Below are positions 28,898-39,268 of a stretch of 64,000 bases of DNA, piece by piece. Origin of the DNA: Planctomycetota bacterium. GTDB taxonomy: Bacteria; Planctomycetota; UBA8108; SXIK01. Position numbers and translations under genes: made by a program. The number at the start of each line of letters is the position of its first letter. Within the stretch, counting starts at the first letter, position 1. The stretch covers positions 608,001-672,000 of the forward strand of contig CBDCXR010000004.1 of assembly GCA_965223845.1 (NCBI GenBank), read 5' to 3'. The notes under the pieces are model-generated. The model saw only the letters and a list, made by a program, of their open reading frames with translations. It ran no database searches and was not told the origin of the DNA.

Positions 28898-30499
28898 GTG
28901 AACGACGTCCGTCCTTCCCCGACCCGAACGATCGGGCGCCGCGAACTCGTCGCGACGGGGATGTCGGCGGCGCTCGTCGTGCTCGCGTTTCCGCAATTCG
29001 GCTCGGCGTGGGGGCTCGATCCGCTGATCTGGATCGCCTTCGTCCCGTTCTTCCGCGCCGCGGTGGGGCGCGGCGCGCGCGCCGGTGTCCTTCTCGGCGT
29101 CCTCCTCGGGATCGCGGTCGAAGGGAGCGGCTTCCTCTGGGTGTTCCATGCGATCCGCAGCTTCACCGGGCTCCCGGCTGCGCTCGCAGCGCTAGGGTTT
29201 ACCGCGTGGATCGCGTACTCCGCGCTCCCCTGGGCGGCACTCGGAATCGCTGCCGGGCGCGCTAGACATCTTCGTTCCGTCGGCTGGGTGATCCCGTTCT
29301 GGGTCGCTCTCGAGCACTATTTCCCCCGGCTTTGGCCGTGGGATCTCGGAGTCGCGCTCTACGATCGGGCGTGGCTCTCGCAGGTGGCAGACATCTTCGG
29401 GACGAGTGGACTGAGCGCGCTCGTTCTCGTCGTCAATCTCACCATCGCTCGGCTCTGGGGAGCATCGCTTCACGCCGAGCCGCGGCCTCGCGCGACGATG
29501 GCCGTCACTGCCGCGCTGCTGATCGCCGCGGTCGTGTACGGCGCGGCGCGCGAGAGTCGGGTGCGAGAGTACGAGGAAGAGCAGTCGCCGCTCGACGTGC
29601 TCCTCGTCCAAGGCGCGATTCCGCTCGCCGAGCGAGCCCGCTCCGGGCTTTCGACCTACCTCGCGCGCTCGCGCCGCGCGCTCGCGGAATCGGCTCCGGA
29701 GAAGCCGGCACTCGTCGTCTGGCCGGAGGGCTCGATGTCGCAGATCGTCTCGACGGCGGAACGATTCTATTCGCTCGATGTCGACCTCGAGTCGGCGCGC
29801 CCCCTCGCGCTCTTCTTGCGCCACCGGCTCGATCCCCGCGAGCTCGACGTCCCTCTCGTCGCGAATGCGAGAGGCTTCGACGGCCGCCGCCAGTCTCCGT
29901 TCTCGAACCTGAACGTCTACTTCTCGCCGGGCGAAGAGCCGGTTTTCTACGAGAAGATCAAGCGAGTTCCCTTTGGCGAGGTCGTCCCCGGGATCGAGCT
30001 TCTGCCGGATTCGCTGCGTGAGAGCTGGGGGCTCCTCGTCGGAACGCTCGCGGCCGGCAACGAGAGCCCGGTCTGCGACCTCGGCGGGCGGCCGTTTCGC
30101 CATCTCATCTGCTACGAAGCCGTGCTCCCGTCGTTTGTGCGCCGTTACGCGGGGCCGGTCGAGTTCTTCGTGAACACAACCGAGGACGTCTGGTACGGGC
30201 GCACGGCGCACATTCCGCAGCACGTTGCGGTCATCCGATTGCGAGCGATCGAAAACCGCGTTCCCATCGTTCGCTGCGCCAATCTCGGGCCGAGTGGAAT
30301 CGCGACCATGCGGGGAGAGTTTCTCGGCGGTGCGCGGCCCGGCGTGCCGGAGCTCGTCCGGGCCGAGCTCCGCCCGGGAAGACTCTGGACGCTCTACGGG
30401 TCCGGTGGACACCTCTTTCCGCTCGTCTGCGCCGTTCTCGTCTGCGCCCGGTACGTCGCCAGTCGAAAGAAAAGACGTGAAATTCAGTCGTCGCGGTAA
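28898..30499 (+). CDS. lnt: Apolipoprotein N-acyltransferase
   Basis: TM N-terminus, QVADIFG, VVWPEG, KIKRVPFGE, LICYE (E-K-C triad), RAIENR. Confidence 0.9.
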   Translation: MNDVRPSPTRTIGRRELVATGMSAALVVLAFPQFGSAWGLDPLIWIAFVPFFRAAVGRGARAGVLLGVLLGIAVEGSGFLWVFHAIRSFTGLPAALAALGFTAWIAYSALPWAALGIAAGRARHLRSVGWVIPFWVALEHYFPRLWPWDLGVALYDRAWLSQVADIFGTSGLSALVLVVNLTIARLWGASLHAEPRPRATMAVTAALLIAAVVYGAARESRVREYEEEQSPLDVLLVQGAIPLAERARSGLSTYLARSRRALAESAPEKPALVVWPEGSMSQIVSTAERFYSLDVDLESARPLALFLRHRLDPRELDVPLVANARGFDGRRQSPFSNLNVYFSPGEEPVFYEKIKRVPFGEVVPGIELLPDSLRESWGLLVGTLAAGNESPVCDLGGRPFRHLICYEAVLPSFVRRYAGPVEFFVNTTEDVWYGRTAHIPQHVAVIRLRAIENRVPIVRCANLGPSGIATMRGEFLGGARPGVPELVRAELRPGRLWTLYGSGGHLFPLVCAVLVCARYVASRKKRREIQSSR

Positions 30500-30796
30500 G
30501 AGAATTGCTTAGGCTGTTTGCCGTCGCGCTGCGTTTGGGTTCGCCGCGATCGACGAAGAACGGACTAACATTTCCGCTCGGCCGCGACTACGGCGGCTCC
30601 ACGGAACGAAATTGGCCGCCCGTCGGGAGTTGGGTTTCCCCGGCGTGTGCCACGGGTCTCCGGTACGGGTCTCTCTCGCCGCTCGATAGTGGGAGCCCGT
30701 GACCGATATCAATCGACGCGACCGCGGTCCTCTCGCCGCGGCCTGGTTCTGCCGGCGGCGGCGGAGCGCGTCCGGCGACGAACTTTCGGTGTCGCG

Positions 30797-32320
30797 ATGC
30801 GAATGGAACTGGGGCTGGGTCAGCATCAGACGATCAAGCAGATCCAGACGCTGTCCCCCCAGATGTACATGTCGATGGAGATCCTCTGTCTGAGCACAGT
30901 GGATCTCGAGGAGCGCATCGAAACCGAAGTCGAGGACAACGTCGCGCTCGAGCTCCTCGATCGGTCCGGTGAGGGGGACGGCGACGCTCCGGCAGCCGAG
31001 GGCGGCGACCGCGACGTCTCGGCGACCGAGTCGAGCGAGGCGGGAGCCGATTCAGGCGCGACCACCGCCGACGACGACGGCTTCGAGCAGCGCTTCGAAC
31101 AGTGGGCGGAGTACGCGCGCGAAGACCAGGCGGAGGGGCGTCGAGCGTCGTCATACGACGGCGAGCGGGACAGCAAGCTCGAGGCGCTCAGCAACACGGA
31201 GGATCGGCCGGAATCGCTCCAGGACCATCTCGTCGAGCAGGTCGACCTGCTCGAGGACCTGGCCGCGTTCGGGGACGACCTCTCGCCCGAGGACGTCGAG
31301 ACCGTACGTTCCCTCTGCAGGGAGGTGATCTACAACATCGACGATCGCGGGTACCTCCTCTACTCGCTCGAGGAGATCGCCGAGTCCCTCGAGACGCCGG
31401 TGCGGTTCGCGCTCCTCGAGACGGCGCTCCGCGTCGTCCAGAGCCTCGATCCGCCGGGCGTCGGCGGGCGCAATCTCGAGGAGTGCCTCCTTCTTCAACT
31501 CCACCGCGACTGCCAGTCCTATCCCCTCGAGGAGCAGATCGTGCGCGAGCACCTCGAGGATCTCGGCCACAATCGCCTGCCCAAGATCGCCAAGTCGACG
31601 GGGGTGGGGATCGACGTCATCAAAACCGCCGCCGAGACGATCGCGAGCCTCAATCCGCGCCCGGGTCTTCTCTACGGCGGTCGTCTTCCGCCGGTGATTC
31701 GTCCCGATGTAGTCGTCGAGGAAGTCGACGGAAAGTACGTCGTCCGCGTGGAGAACGAGTATTCCGGCCGCCTCCGCATCAGTGCGCACTACCACCGATT
31801 GTTCAAGGAAGCGCGGAAGAATCCCGAGGTGCGAAAGTACCTCAAGAAGAAGATCGACAGCGCGGAGTGGCTGATGGCTGCCGTCCGGCAGAGGCAGTCG
31901 ACTCTCCATCGCATCGCCGAGGAGCTCGTCCGGATCCAGGTCGGCTTCCTCGACCACGGCATCTCGAAGCTGAAGCCACTCAAAATGATCGAGGTCGCGG
32001 AGGTCGTAGGGGTCCACGTTTCGACGATCAGCCGTGCGATCAGCGACAAGTACATGCAGACGCCCCGCGGGATCTATCCGATGAAGTTCTTCTTCACCGG
32101 CGGCGCCTCGAAGAGCGACGGCTCGACCGAGGCACGCGGGAGCGTGATCCACCGGATCAAGGCGCTGATCGAGGCGGAGGACAAGAAGACGCCGCTCAGC
32201 GACATCGAGATCGCTCGTCTTCTCAGCGAGCGTTTCGACGTCAAGATCTCGCGGCGAACCGTGACGAAGTACCGCGAATCGGAGGGGATTCCCTCGTCGC
32301 GGGAACGTCGCGAATATTGA
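30797..32320 (+). CDS. rpoN: RNA polymerase sigma-54 factor
   Basis: Gln/Leu-rich region I, DPPGVGGRNLEECLLLQ, HVSTISRA, TPRG, RpoN box ISRRTVTKYRE. Confidence 0.96.
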   Translation: MRMELGLGQHQTIKQIQTLSPQMYMSMEILCLSTVDLEERIETEVEDNVALELLDRSGEGDGDAPAAEGGDRDVSATESSEAGADSGATTADDDGFEQRFEQWAEYAREDQAEGRRASSYDGERDSKLEALSNTEDRPESLQDHLVEQVDLLEDLAAFGDDLSPEDVETVRSLCREVIYNIDDRGYLLYSLEEIAESLETPVRFALLETALRVVQSLDPPGVGGRNLEECLLLQLHRDCQSYPLEEQIVREHLEDLGHNRLPKIAKSTGVGIDVIKTAAETIASLNPRPGLLYGGRLPPVIRPDVVVEEVDGKYVVRVENEYSGRLRISAHYHRLFKEARKNPEVRKYLKKKIDSAEWLMAAVRQRQSTLHRIAEELVRIQVGFLDHGISKLKPLKMIEVAEVVGVHVSTISRAISDKYMQTPRGIYPMKFFFTGGASKSDGSTEARGSVIHRIKALIEAEDKKTPLSDIEIARLLSERFDVKISRRTVTKYRESEGIPSSRERREY

Positions 32321-32718
32321 CAGTTCGCCCGGTCGGCTCGGGCGCCGGTCGCCCGCGGAGGCGGCGAGTCCCGGGTCTCGCGCCGGGTACGTTCGTTGCA
32401 GACTCGCTCGCGCGGTCGGCCCGGACGGACTGGCAATGGGCGAAAGGCGCCCTAAAATTACGCCGAATGGCCCTCCCGAAATCCGTTCGTCGAGACCCAT
32501 CGCGCAGCCGCGCCGTGATCGCCGTTCGCGATCGGCGCGGCGGTGGCGTCTCCTCCCGCCGCGCGTCTCCCTTCCCGATCGAGTCCCAACGTACCCGAGC
32601 CCGAGAGATCGGCCGCGTGCATCCGTCCCGTGCCGGATCGGCCGCGCGTGGAAGCTCCACCAGCTTCCGACCCACCCTCGAATCCGATCCGCGGCTCGCT
32701 CCGGCGAGGTGAGAACCC

Positions 32719-33657
32719 TTGATCGAAGTTCACGAGCTCACGAAAAGCTTCGGCGGCGTCCGCGCGCTCCGCGAAGTGTCCTTTACCGTCGAAGAGGGTG
32801 AGATCCTCGGCTTCCTCGGGCCGAACGGCGCGGGAAAGTCGACGACGATGCGCATCCTCACCGGCTTTCTTCCCGGCGACTCCGGTACCGTGCGTGTCGC
32901 CGGCCACGACGTGAGCACCGATTCTCTCGTCGTGCGCAGAGAGCTAGGATATCTTCCCGAGGGCGTTCCGCTCTACCCGGAGATGCGGGTCTCCGAGTAC
33001 CTGCGCTTCCGCGCGCGCCTCAAGGGCGTGCCGCGTCGAGAGCGTGGGGCTTTCATCGGGAAGGCGCTCGAGCAGACCGGGACGACGGAAGTGAGCCGCC
33101 AGATCATCGGAACGCTCTCCCGCGGTTTCCGTCAGCGCGTCGGGCTCGCCGACGCCCTCCTCGCCGAGCCGCGGGTGCTCATCCTCGATGAGCCGACGGT
33201 CGGACTCGATCCCGAGCAGGTGCGGCAGTTCCGCGAGCTTCTCCGCAGCGTCGGAAGAGATCGGACCGTCATCCTCTCGACCCACATACTGAGCGAGGTC
33301 GAGATCGTGTGTTCCACCGTCGCGATCATTCGGAAGGGAACCGTCGTCGCGCGCGATCGCGCTTCGGACCTGCGGCGCCGGGTGAAGAGCTTCAACCGCG
33401 TCGTCGCCGAAATCTCCGGACCGGAAGACGCGGTGCGCCGCCGGCTCCGAGGGATCGAGAGCGTCTCCGATGTCACCGTCGAATCGCTCGGGGAGGGGTT
33501 CGGGCGGTTCGTCATCGACATCGAGAACGATGGCGATCTGCGCGCGCAGGTCTTCGACAGCGTTCGCGATTCCGGCTGGCGGCTTCGCGAGCTGCGGCGT
33601 GAGGAATCTTCGCTCGAAGACGTGTTCGTCGAGATCGTCGGCGAGGTGACGACATGA
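32719..33657 (+). CDS. ABC-2 transporter ATP-binding protein (GldA-like)
   Basis: GPNGAGKSTT, LSRGFRQRVG, ILDEPT, STH; C-terminal SLEDVF. Confidence 0.92.
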   Translation: MIEVHELTKSFGGVRALREVSFTVEEGEILGFLGPNGAGKSTTMRILTGFLPGDSGTVRVAGHDVSTDSLVVRRELGYLPEGVPLYPEMRVSEYLRFRARLKGVPRRERGAFIGKALEQTGTTEVSRQIIGTLSRGFRQRVGLADALLAEPRVLILDEPTVGLDPEQVRQFRELLRSVGRDRTVILSTHILSEVEIVCSTVAIIRKGTVVARDRASDLRRRVKSFNRVVAEISGPEDAVRRRLRGIESVSDVTVESLGEGFGRFVIDIENDGDLRAQVFDSVRDSGWRLRELRREESSLEDVFVEIVGEVTT

Positions 33658-34400
33658 CCGCGGCGCTGAACGTCTGGGCGGTGTTTCGCCGCGAGATGGG
33701 GAGCTACTTCCTCTCGCCGATGGCGTACATCGTGCTCTTCGTGTTCCTCCTCGTGAACGGCGCGCTCTTCTGCGTGTTCTCCTACACGTCGGCGGGACAC
33801 CCGCAGCAGATCACCGTCATCATCGAAGACTTGTTTCAGTTCTCTATCTGGTTGCTTCCCCTCCTCACCCCGGTCCTCACGATGCGGCTCTTCGCCGAGG
33901 AGAAGCGCACGGGGAGCCTCGAGCTCCTCATGACCGCGCCCGTTCGCGAGGTCGAGGTCGTCCTCGGGAAGTACTTCGCCGCGCAAGGCTTCTACGCTGT
34001 CGTCTGGCTCTCGCTCGCGCCGCTCCTCGGCATCCTCGCCGTTCTCGGCGACCCGGATTGGGGCCCGGTGATCGCCGTCTACTTCGGGCTCTTTTCGCTC
34101 GGCTTTCTCCTCAACTCGATCGGTGTCCTCGCGTCCGCCGGCACGCGGAACCAGCTCGTCGCGGCAGTCGTCGCGCTCAGCGGCAACCTCTTCTTCCTCC
34201 TTCTCACGATGCTCGGAACGTTTTTTCAGGGGGACGTGGAGGTGAGGCGGCTCGTTCAGTACGTGAGCTTTCGCTGGCACTTTCTCCTCGATTATCTCCG
34301 CGGGGTCGTCGACCTTCGCTACCTCGCGTTCTACCTCAGTTTCGCGGCTCTCTTTCTCTTCTTCTCCGTGCGGGTGCTGGAGGCGCGCAAATGGCGGTGA
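33654..34400 (+). CDS. ABC-2 permease (GldF-like)
   Basis: RREMGSYFLSPMAY, TMRLFAEEKRTGSLELLMTAP, GKY, TRNQLVA. Confidence 0.9.
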   Translation: MTAALNVWAVFRREMGSYFLSPMAYIVLFVFLLVNGALFCVFSYTSAGHPQQITVIIEDLFQFSIWLLPLLTPVLTMRLFAEEKRTGSLELLMTAPVREVEVVLGKYFAAQGFYAVVWLSLAPLLGILAVLGDPDWGPVIAVYFGLFSLGFLLNSIGVLASAGTRNQLVAAVVALSGNLFFLLLTMLGTFFQGDVEVRRLVQYVSFRWHFLLDYLRGVVDLRYLAFYLSFAALFLFFSVRVLEARKWR

Positions 34401-35953
34401 GCACAGCGGCGAGCCCGACGAAGAAGCGATCGGCGTCGTTTGGAGGACGAGCGCGCTGGGCCGGCCGACTCCGCGTCACGGTGGGAGTCGTGCTCTCCTT
34501 CTACATCGTGTTTCTCCTCAATCTGATCGTGTTCCGCCATCCGGTTCGGTTCGACTTGACCGCGGAGTCGACGCATACGCTCTCCCCGGGGACGCGGAAG
34601 CAGCTCGAGCTGATCGGCGAAGAGATCCGCGTTCTCATCCCGCGCTACAATCAGATTCAGAATCCGGCGCACGCGGCCGAGCGGCGCGTGCTCGACCGCG
34701 CTCGGCGTCTTCTCGAAGAGTACATGGTCGCGCAGCCTCGCATCCGGATCGTCGCGGAGGTCGACGTTCTCCGCGAGCCCGAGGAATGGACCAGCGTTCG
34801 GACTCGCTACGGCCTCACGGCGAACCAAGTGAATCGATTCGTCTTCCTCGCCGGGCCGGCGAACGAGTATCGCCAGACGGTCATGCCGAGGGACCTCGCG
34901 ACGTTCAAGGAGTCGCCCGACCCGCGGGTTATGGAGCCGGAAGTCGTCGCCTACCGCGCGGAGAAGGCGCTGACCGACGCGCTCAAGCGACTCGTGTTTC
35001 GCGAACGGAGACCGGTCTACGTCACGCAGGACAAGGGCGAAGTGCCGCTTCAGCCGCGCTCGCAGCTCGAGCCCGGCCTCAGCGTCTTTCGGCGCGAGCT
35101 CGAGACGTCCGGTTTCGAGGTGCGCCCGCTCGCGCTCGGGGCCGTCGACGAGATCCCTCCCGATTGCGCCGTGCTCGCGATCGTGCGTCCGGTGACCGAG
35201 TTCGAGCCGGTCGAGCTCCGGCGCATCGAGCGATATCTGAACGACGGGGGAAAGCTCATCGTCGCGCTGGGACCGACGGCCACGGGCCTCGAGGCCGTGC
35301 TCGAGAAATGGGGCGTCGGCTGCGGCGACGGGGTCGTCGTCGAGCGGCGGTTGTCGGGAACCGCGCGGCTCGATTCGAAGGAGCCGACCGCCACGCGATT
35401 CCACCCGACCCATCCGATCACGCGTGTCTTTCGCGACGCCTCGCGCTTCGAAGTGCAGCTTTACGCGCCGCGTCCGCTCGCTCCCGGCGGAGCGGGACGT
35501 GGGCTCGAGGGACTCAGCTTGCTCGATCTCGTATCGAGTCCGTCGACGGGTCGCAGCTTCTATCTCGTCGATCGAGACCGCCGCGGCGACGCGGCGGCCA
35601 TGGCGCCGACACCGGGAGACTTCAGTGTCGCGGTCGCGGTGCGCCAGCAAGTTCCCGACCGCCCACCGGCCGGATTCCAGCGGATCTCGACGCGCCTCGT
35701 GGTCGTCGCGGGAGCGAGTCTGTTCGCCGACCCGAAGCTCCCTCAGTTCTCCCACCGCGACTTCGTGATGAATTCGATCAACTGGCTCGTCGGCCAGGAT
35801 GAGCTCGCGACGATCGGTGGTGAGGAGTGGGTGAAGCGAACGCTCAAGTCGGGCCGCGAGATTCGCCAGTTCCTGTTTTGGGCGCCGGTGGTCGTCTTTC
35901 CGGGAGTGTGTCTCCTCATCGGTGTCGTCGTCTACTTCGTGAGGCGTTCGTGA
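34391..35953 (+). CDS. GldG-like ABC auxiliary membrane protein
   Basis: RFDLT..TLS..T motif, YLNDGGKL, DFVMNSINWL, N- and C-terminal TM helices. Confidence 0.82.
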   Translation: MAVSTAASPTKKRSASFGGRARWAGRLRVTVGVVLSFYIVFLLNLIVFRHPVRFDLTAESTHTLSPGTRKQLELIGEEIRVLIPRYNQIQNPAHAAERRVLDRARRLLEEYMVAQPRIRIVAEVDVLREPEEWTSVRTRYGLTANQVNRFVFLAGPANEYRQTVMPRDLATFKESPDPRVMEPEVVAYRAEKALTDALKRLVFRERRPVYVTQDKGEVPLQPRSQLEPGLSVFRRELETSGFEVRPLALGAVDEIPPDCAVLAIVRPVTEFEPVELRRIERYLNDGGKLIVALGPTATGLEAVLEKWGVGCGDGVVVERRLSGTARLDSKEPTATRFHPTHPITRVFRDASRFEVQLYAPRPLAPGGAGRGLEGLSLLDLVSSPSTGRSFYLVDRDRRGDAAAMAPTPGDFSVAVAVRQQVPDRPPAGFQRISTRLVVVAGASLFADPKLPQFSHRDFVMNSINWLVGQDELATIGGEEWVKRTLKSGREIRQFLFWAPVVVFPGVCLLIGVVVYFVRRS

Positions 35954-37908
35954 TGACTTGGCGCACGAATCTCACGCTGCTCATCGTCAGCGTTGCGCTT
36001 ACTCTCTACTTCCGCGCGTTCGAAGCTCAGCCGCCCTCCTGGGACCGGCTCGGCCTCGTCTTCGATCGTCTCGAGGCGAGCGAGATCGTCGAGCTCGAGC
36101 TCTCGCAGCCCGCAGCGAGCAACGACGCCGCGGCGGGCGCCGACACGCGAGCCATTCGACTTCGATTCGAAGGGCGTCACGGCGGCCTCCCGGCGTGGTG
36201 GCTCGTCGAACCGATCGAATTTCCGGCCTTCCACCCGCGCGTGCGCGGGCTCACCGGAGAGCTCGCGGACCTCGTGCGCGTGGCGGAAGCACCGGGCGCT
36301 GAGGTGTTCGACGGACCGCCGCAGATTCGGGCTCGATTCAAAACGCGGGATGGCGTCGAGCGAACGCTCGACATCGGTCCGGACCACCCGGACGCGACGC
36401 TCGGACTCTGCTACGCCCGGCTGGGCGACGAGACGTTTACGATCCGCACTCGCGCGCGACTCAACCTGACCGTGAAGCTCACGGACTTGCGCAGTCGAGC
36501 CTTGGTTCCGATCTCCCGCGATCGGATGACCGCGATCGAACTCGCGCGCGCCGGTGAACGAGCTCTTCGCCTCGAGCGCGCCAAGGGGGCGGCGCGAGAT
36601 GAGGGCCTCGTCTGGGAAGATCGCTGGCGCCTCGTCCACCCGCTCGAGTCGCTCGCGGATCGGGACAACGTCGAGACGCTCGCCGACGCGCTCAACTCGT
36701 GGACGATTCGCGAGTTCGTCGACGATGCGGCGACCGACGATGTCCTCGCGCGAGCAGGACTCTCTCCCCCGCGATTCGGCATCGAGGTTTCCCCTAAGGA
36801 AGGTCCCGCGGTCCGCCTCGAAATCGGCGGTGACGTCCCGGAGGTCGACGGGGGGACCGGCGAGCGTTTCGTGTACGTGCGTCCGGCGGGAACGCGCTTC
36901 CTCTTCGCGGCCGAAAGAACGCTCGTCGATTCGCTCGCGAAGCCGGTCGACGAGTATCGGAGTCGATTCGTATTCGATCTCGGGGCGGCCGAGGTCGTTC
37001 GCATCGAGGTCGATGTCCTCTCGGGCGAAGCTCCGCCGATCTCGTTTACTTTGCGTCGCCTCGAGATCTCCCGCGGCGAGCGCCACGCCGGCGAGCGCGA
37101 GCACGCGGAGCGCCACGCTTGGCGCGTGGAAACGGGTGACGATACTTACGCGGCCGATCGCGATCGCATCGCGGAGGTCCAGCGCGAGCTCCGGTTTCTC
37201 GCGATCGAGAAGTTCGTTCCGCCCGCCGAGCGCGCCGCGAGCGGCGTCGACGAACCGCGTGCGCGCGTCCGGTTCGCGCTCGACTCCGGGCGGGAGCTCG
37301 AGCTACTCGTCGGACCGAAGAGCACGGATCCGCTCGACGAGGGCGTCGAGGTGTACGCGGTCGCGCGCGCCGACGAATCGGGCGCCTATCTCGTGCTTTC
37401 GCGTCTCTCTCGGTGGGCCGCGAGCGGCGCGGACGAGTTTCGTGATCGCTTTCTCTCCGACGTCGAGCCGACACGCGTGATCGAGGTGACACTCCAGCAC
37501 GGCGGTCGTTCGTGGTCGGCGATGCGTCTTCCCGGCGAGAAGTCGTGGAACCTCTCCGACGAAACCAGCATCGCTCCGGGGCTGACGCTTCAGTCGCGAC
37601 TCTTCGATGACCTGATCGAGGAGCTTCACCGCGATGTTTTCCGGGCGGAGCGATTTTTCTCGGGCGAGCCGACCGCGGCGTCCGGCTTGGCGGGCGGAGG
37701 GGCGGTGTCGACCGTCGCGGTCGAGGTCGACGGCCCGTCGGCTCGATTTCGGACGCTCTACATCGGGAACCCCGTGGCCGGCAGTTCGCCCCTCGAGTAC
37801 CATGCGCGAGTCGACGACGCGGCGGTGCCGGTGTTCACGATCGGGGCCAAAGTTCCCGAGCTCGCTCGGAAGATCCGCGAGCACATCACCGCGATCTCGT
37901 CGCCGTGA
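35953..37908 (+). CDS. DUF4340-like periplasmic repeat protein
   Basis: N-terminal anchor MTWRTNLTLLIV, repeated WxL..P / AD / GL..P / LEIG / LRSR-YRSR-FRDR modules; follows gldAFG-like genes. Confidence 0.72.
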   Translation: MTWRTNLTLLIVSVALTLYFRAFEAQPPSWDRLGLVFDRLEASEIVELELSQPAASNDAAAGADTRAIRLRFEGRHGGLPAWWLVEPIEFPAFHPRVRGLTGELADLVRVAEAPGAEVFDGPPQIRARFKTRDGVERTLDIGPDHPDATLGLCYARLGDETFTIRTRARLNLTVKLTDLRSRALVPISRDRMTAIELARAGERALRLERAKGAARDEGLVWEDRWRLVHPLESLADRDNVETLADALNSWTIREFVDDAATDDVLARAGLSPPRFGIEVSPKEGPAVRLEIGGDVPEVDGGTGERFVYVRPAGTRFLFAAERTLVDSLAKPVDEYRSRFVFDLGAAEVVRIEVDVLSGEAPPISFTLRRLEISRGERHAGEREHAERHAWRVETGDDTYAADRDRIAEVQRELRFLAIEKFVPPAERAASGVDEPRARVRFALDSGRELELLVGPKSTDPLDEGVEVYAVARADESGAYLVLSRLSRWAASGADEFRDRFLSDVEPTRVIEVTLQHGGRSWSAMRLPGEKSWNLSDETSIAPGLTLQSRLFDDLIEELHRDVFRAERFFSGEPTAASGLAGGGAVSTVAVEVDGPSARFRTLYIGNPVAGSSPLEYHARVDDAAVPVFTIGAKVPELARKIREHITAISSP

Positions 37909-38151
37909 TCGCGGAATTCGGGGCTGGTGTGCCGGGCGCCGAGCCAGCGTCCCCGGCGGTCGGCGCGGGCGCTTAGCCCGCATCTCCCGCCGCATCCGGG
38001 GACCCGGCGAATCGTGAATGGATCCGGGGGCACGGCCCAGACCGGAGGTGCGTTCCGCACGCCGCTCGATCGAGGTGGGGACGCAACCGATGCTCGGTCG
38101 GCGACTTGCGGTCGAGGAGGGAGGATGCTCGTGAGAACTCCGGGCTAACGA

Positions 38152-38538
38152 ATGGACGGTCTGACGTGCGATGCGTGTGACGCCGGTCTGCTGCTCGATT
38201 CCGATGTCCGCTACGTCGTCAAGGTCGAGGGATACGCAGCGTACGATCCCCTGGAGCTGACCGCTGACGATCTGCGCCGGGACCTCGAAGCCGAGATGCG
38301 CGATGTCGTGTCCCGGCTGTCGAGCCAAAGCGCGGCCGAGGCGGAAACCGACGTTCACCGTGCGTTCGAGTTCGATCTCTGTCCTCGGTGCTGGCGGCAG
38401 TTCGCCGGGGATCCGCTCGCCGCCGTGAAGGCGGCTTCGAGCCGAGGATCGCCCCGGGGCACAGAAAACTCGGAGGACGAGCGCGGGGCGGACGGCGACG
38501 CGGGCCGGCCGACCGACGACCCCGGGTCGGAAGCCTAG
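38152..38538 (+). CDS. Small hypothetical protein with two CxxC pairs (putative zinc binding)
   Basis: TCDAC ... FDLCPRC; host-like codon usage. Confidence 0.7.
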   Translation: MDGLTCDACDAGLLLDSDVRYVVKVEGYAAYDPLELTADDLRRDLEAEMRDVVSRLSSQSAAEAETDVHRAFEFDLCPRCWRQFAGDPLAAVKAASSRGSPRGTENSEDERGADGDAGRPTDDPGSEA

Positions 38539-39268
38539 CCCGGAGACGTAGACGCGTCTTAGAGCTGGGGAGCTACGCTCACGCCGGCGAAGCTGGTTGG
38601 GACGCGAGGGAACCGATCGAAAACGTGTAAAAGGATAGAAAAGCCAAGGAGATCAAGAGATTGGTGGTTGGTGGAGTGATCTCTCAATTTTACGTGGTGG
38701 TGGACAACCCCGGCTTTTCTATTCCATTTCCTCTGTTTTCTTCAGTTTCATCGCTGTCCGTGAGGAGCGCGCGATGGTGGTTCGCGGAGCCGTCCCCGGG
38801 CGATTCGCCCGAGCGGATGTCTCTCGACGGAGAGTTCACGCCGTTTGGGGATCGACTGGCTCCTACGCGAGAATCAGGCTGACGAACTTCGCGGGCTCAA
38901 CTCGGCTGCTGCTTCTTCGGGGTCTCGAGAGGGTCTCGCTCGGATGCAACTCTACGGGTGCCGGATTCCGTCCTTCCACCGGACGGCGCGCTCTCGAGTC
39001 TCTTGTTTCGCCTGTCTTCCAAACGCCCGATCGCTTCGAGCACGCTCCGGGGATTCCGGGGGCCAGCGCGTGGCGTTGTTCCTTGGGCGATCGTAGCCGT
39101 CGGCGACGGGGCGCCGATCAGCCGATCAAGTCGGGCACTGGACGATTCGATCTTGCTACCGATTCCTGCGCATTCTTGGGGCCGGTTCCGTGACCCGACG
39201 CGCTGGGTTGGGTATTCTGAGGTCCGAGTGCGACGTCCACCAAATGCCTGATCATTGAGGTCTGTTCG

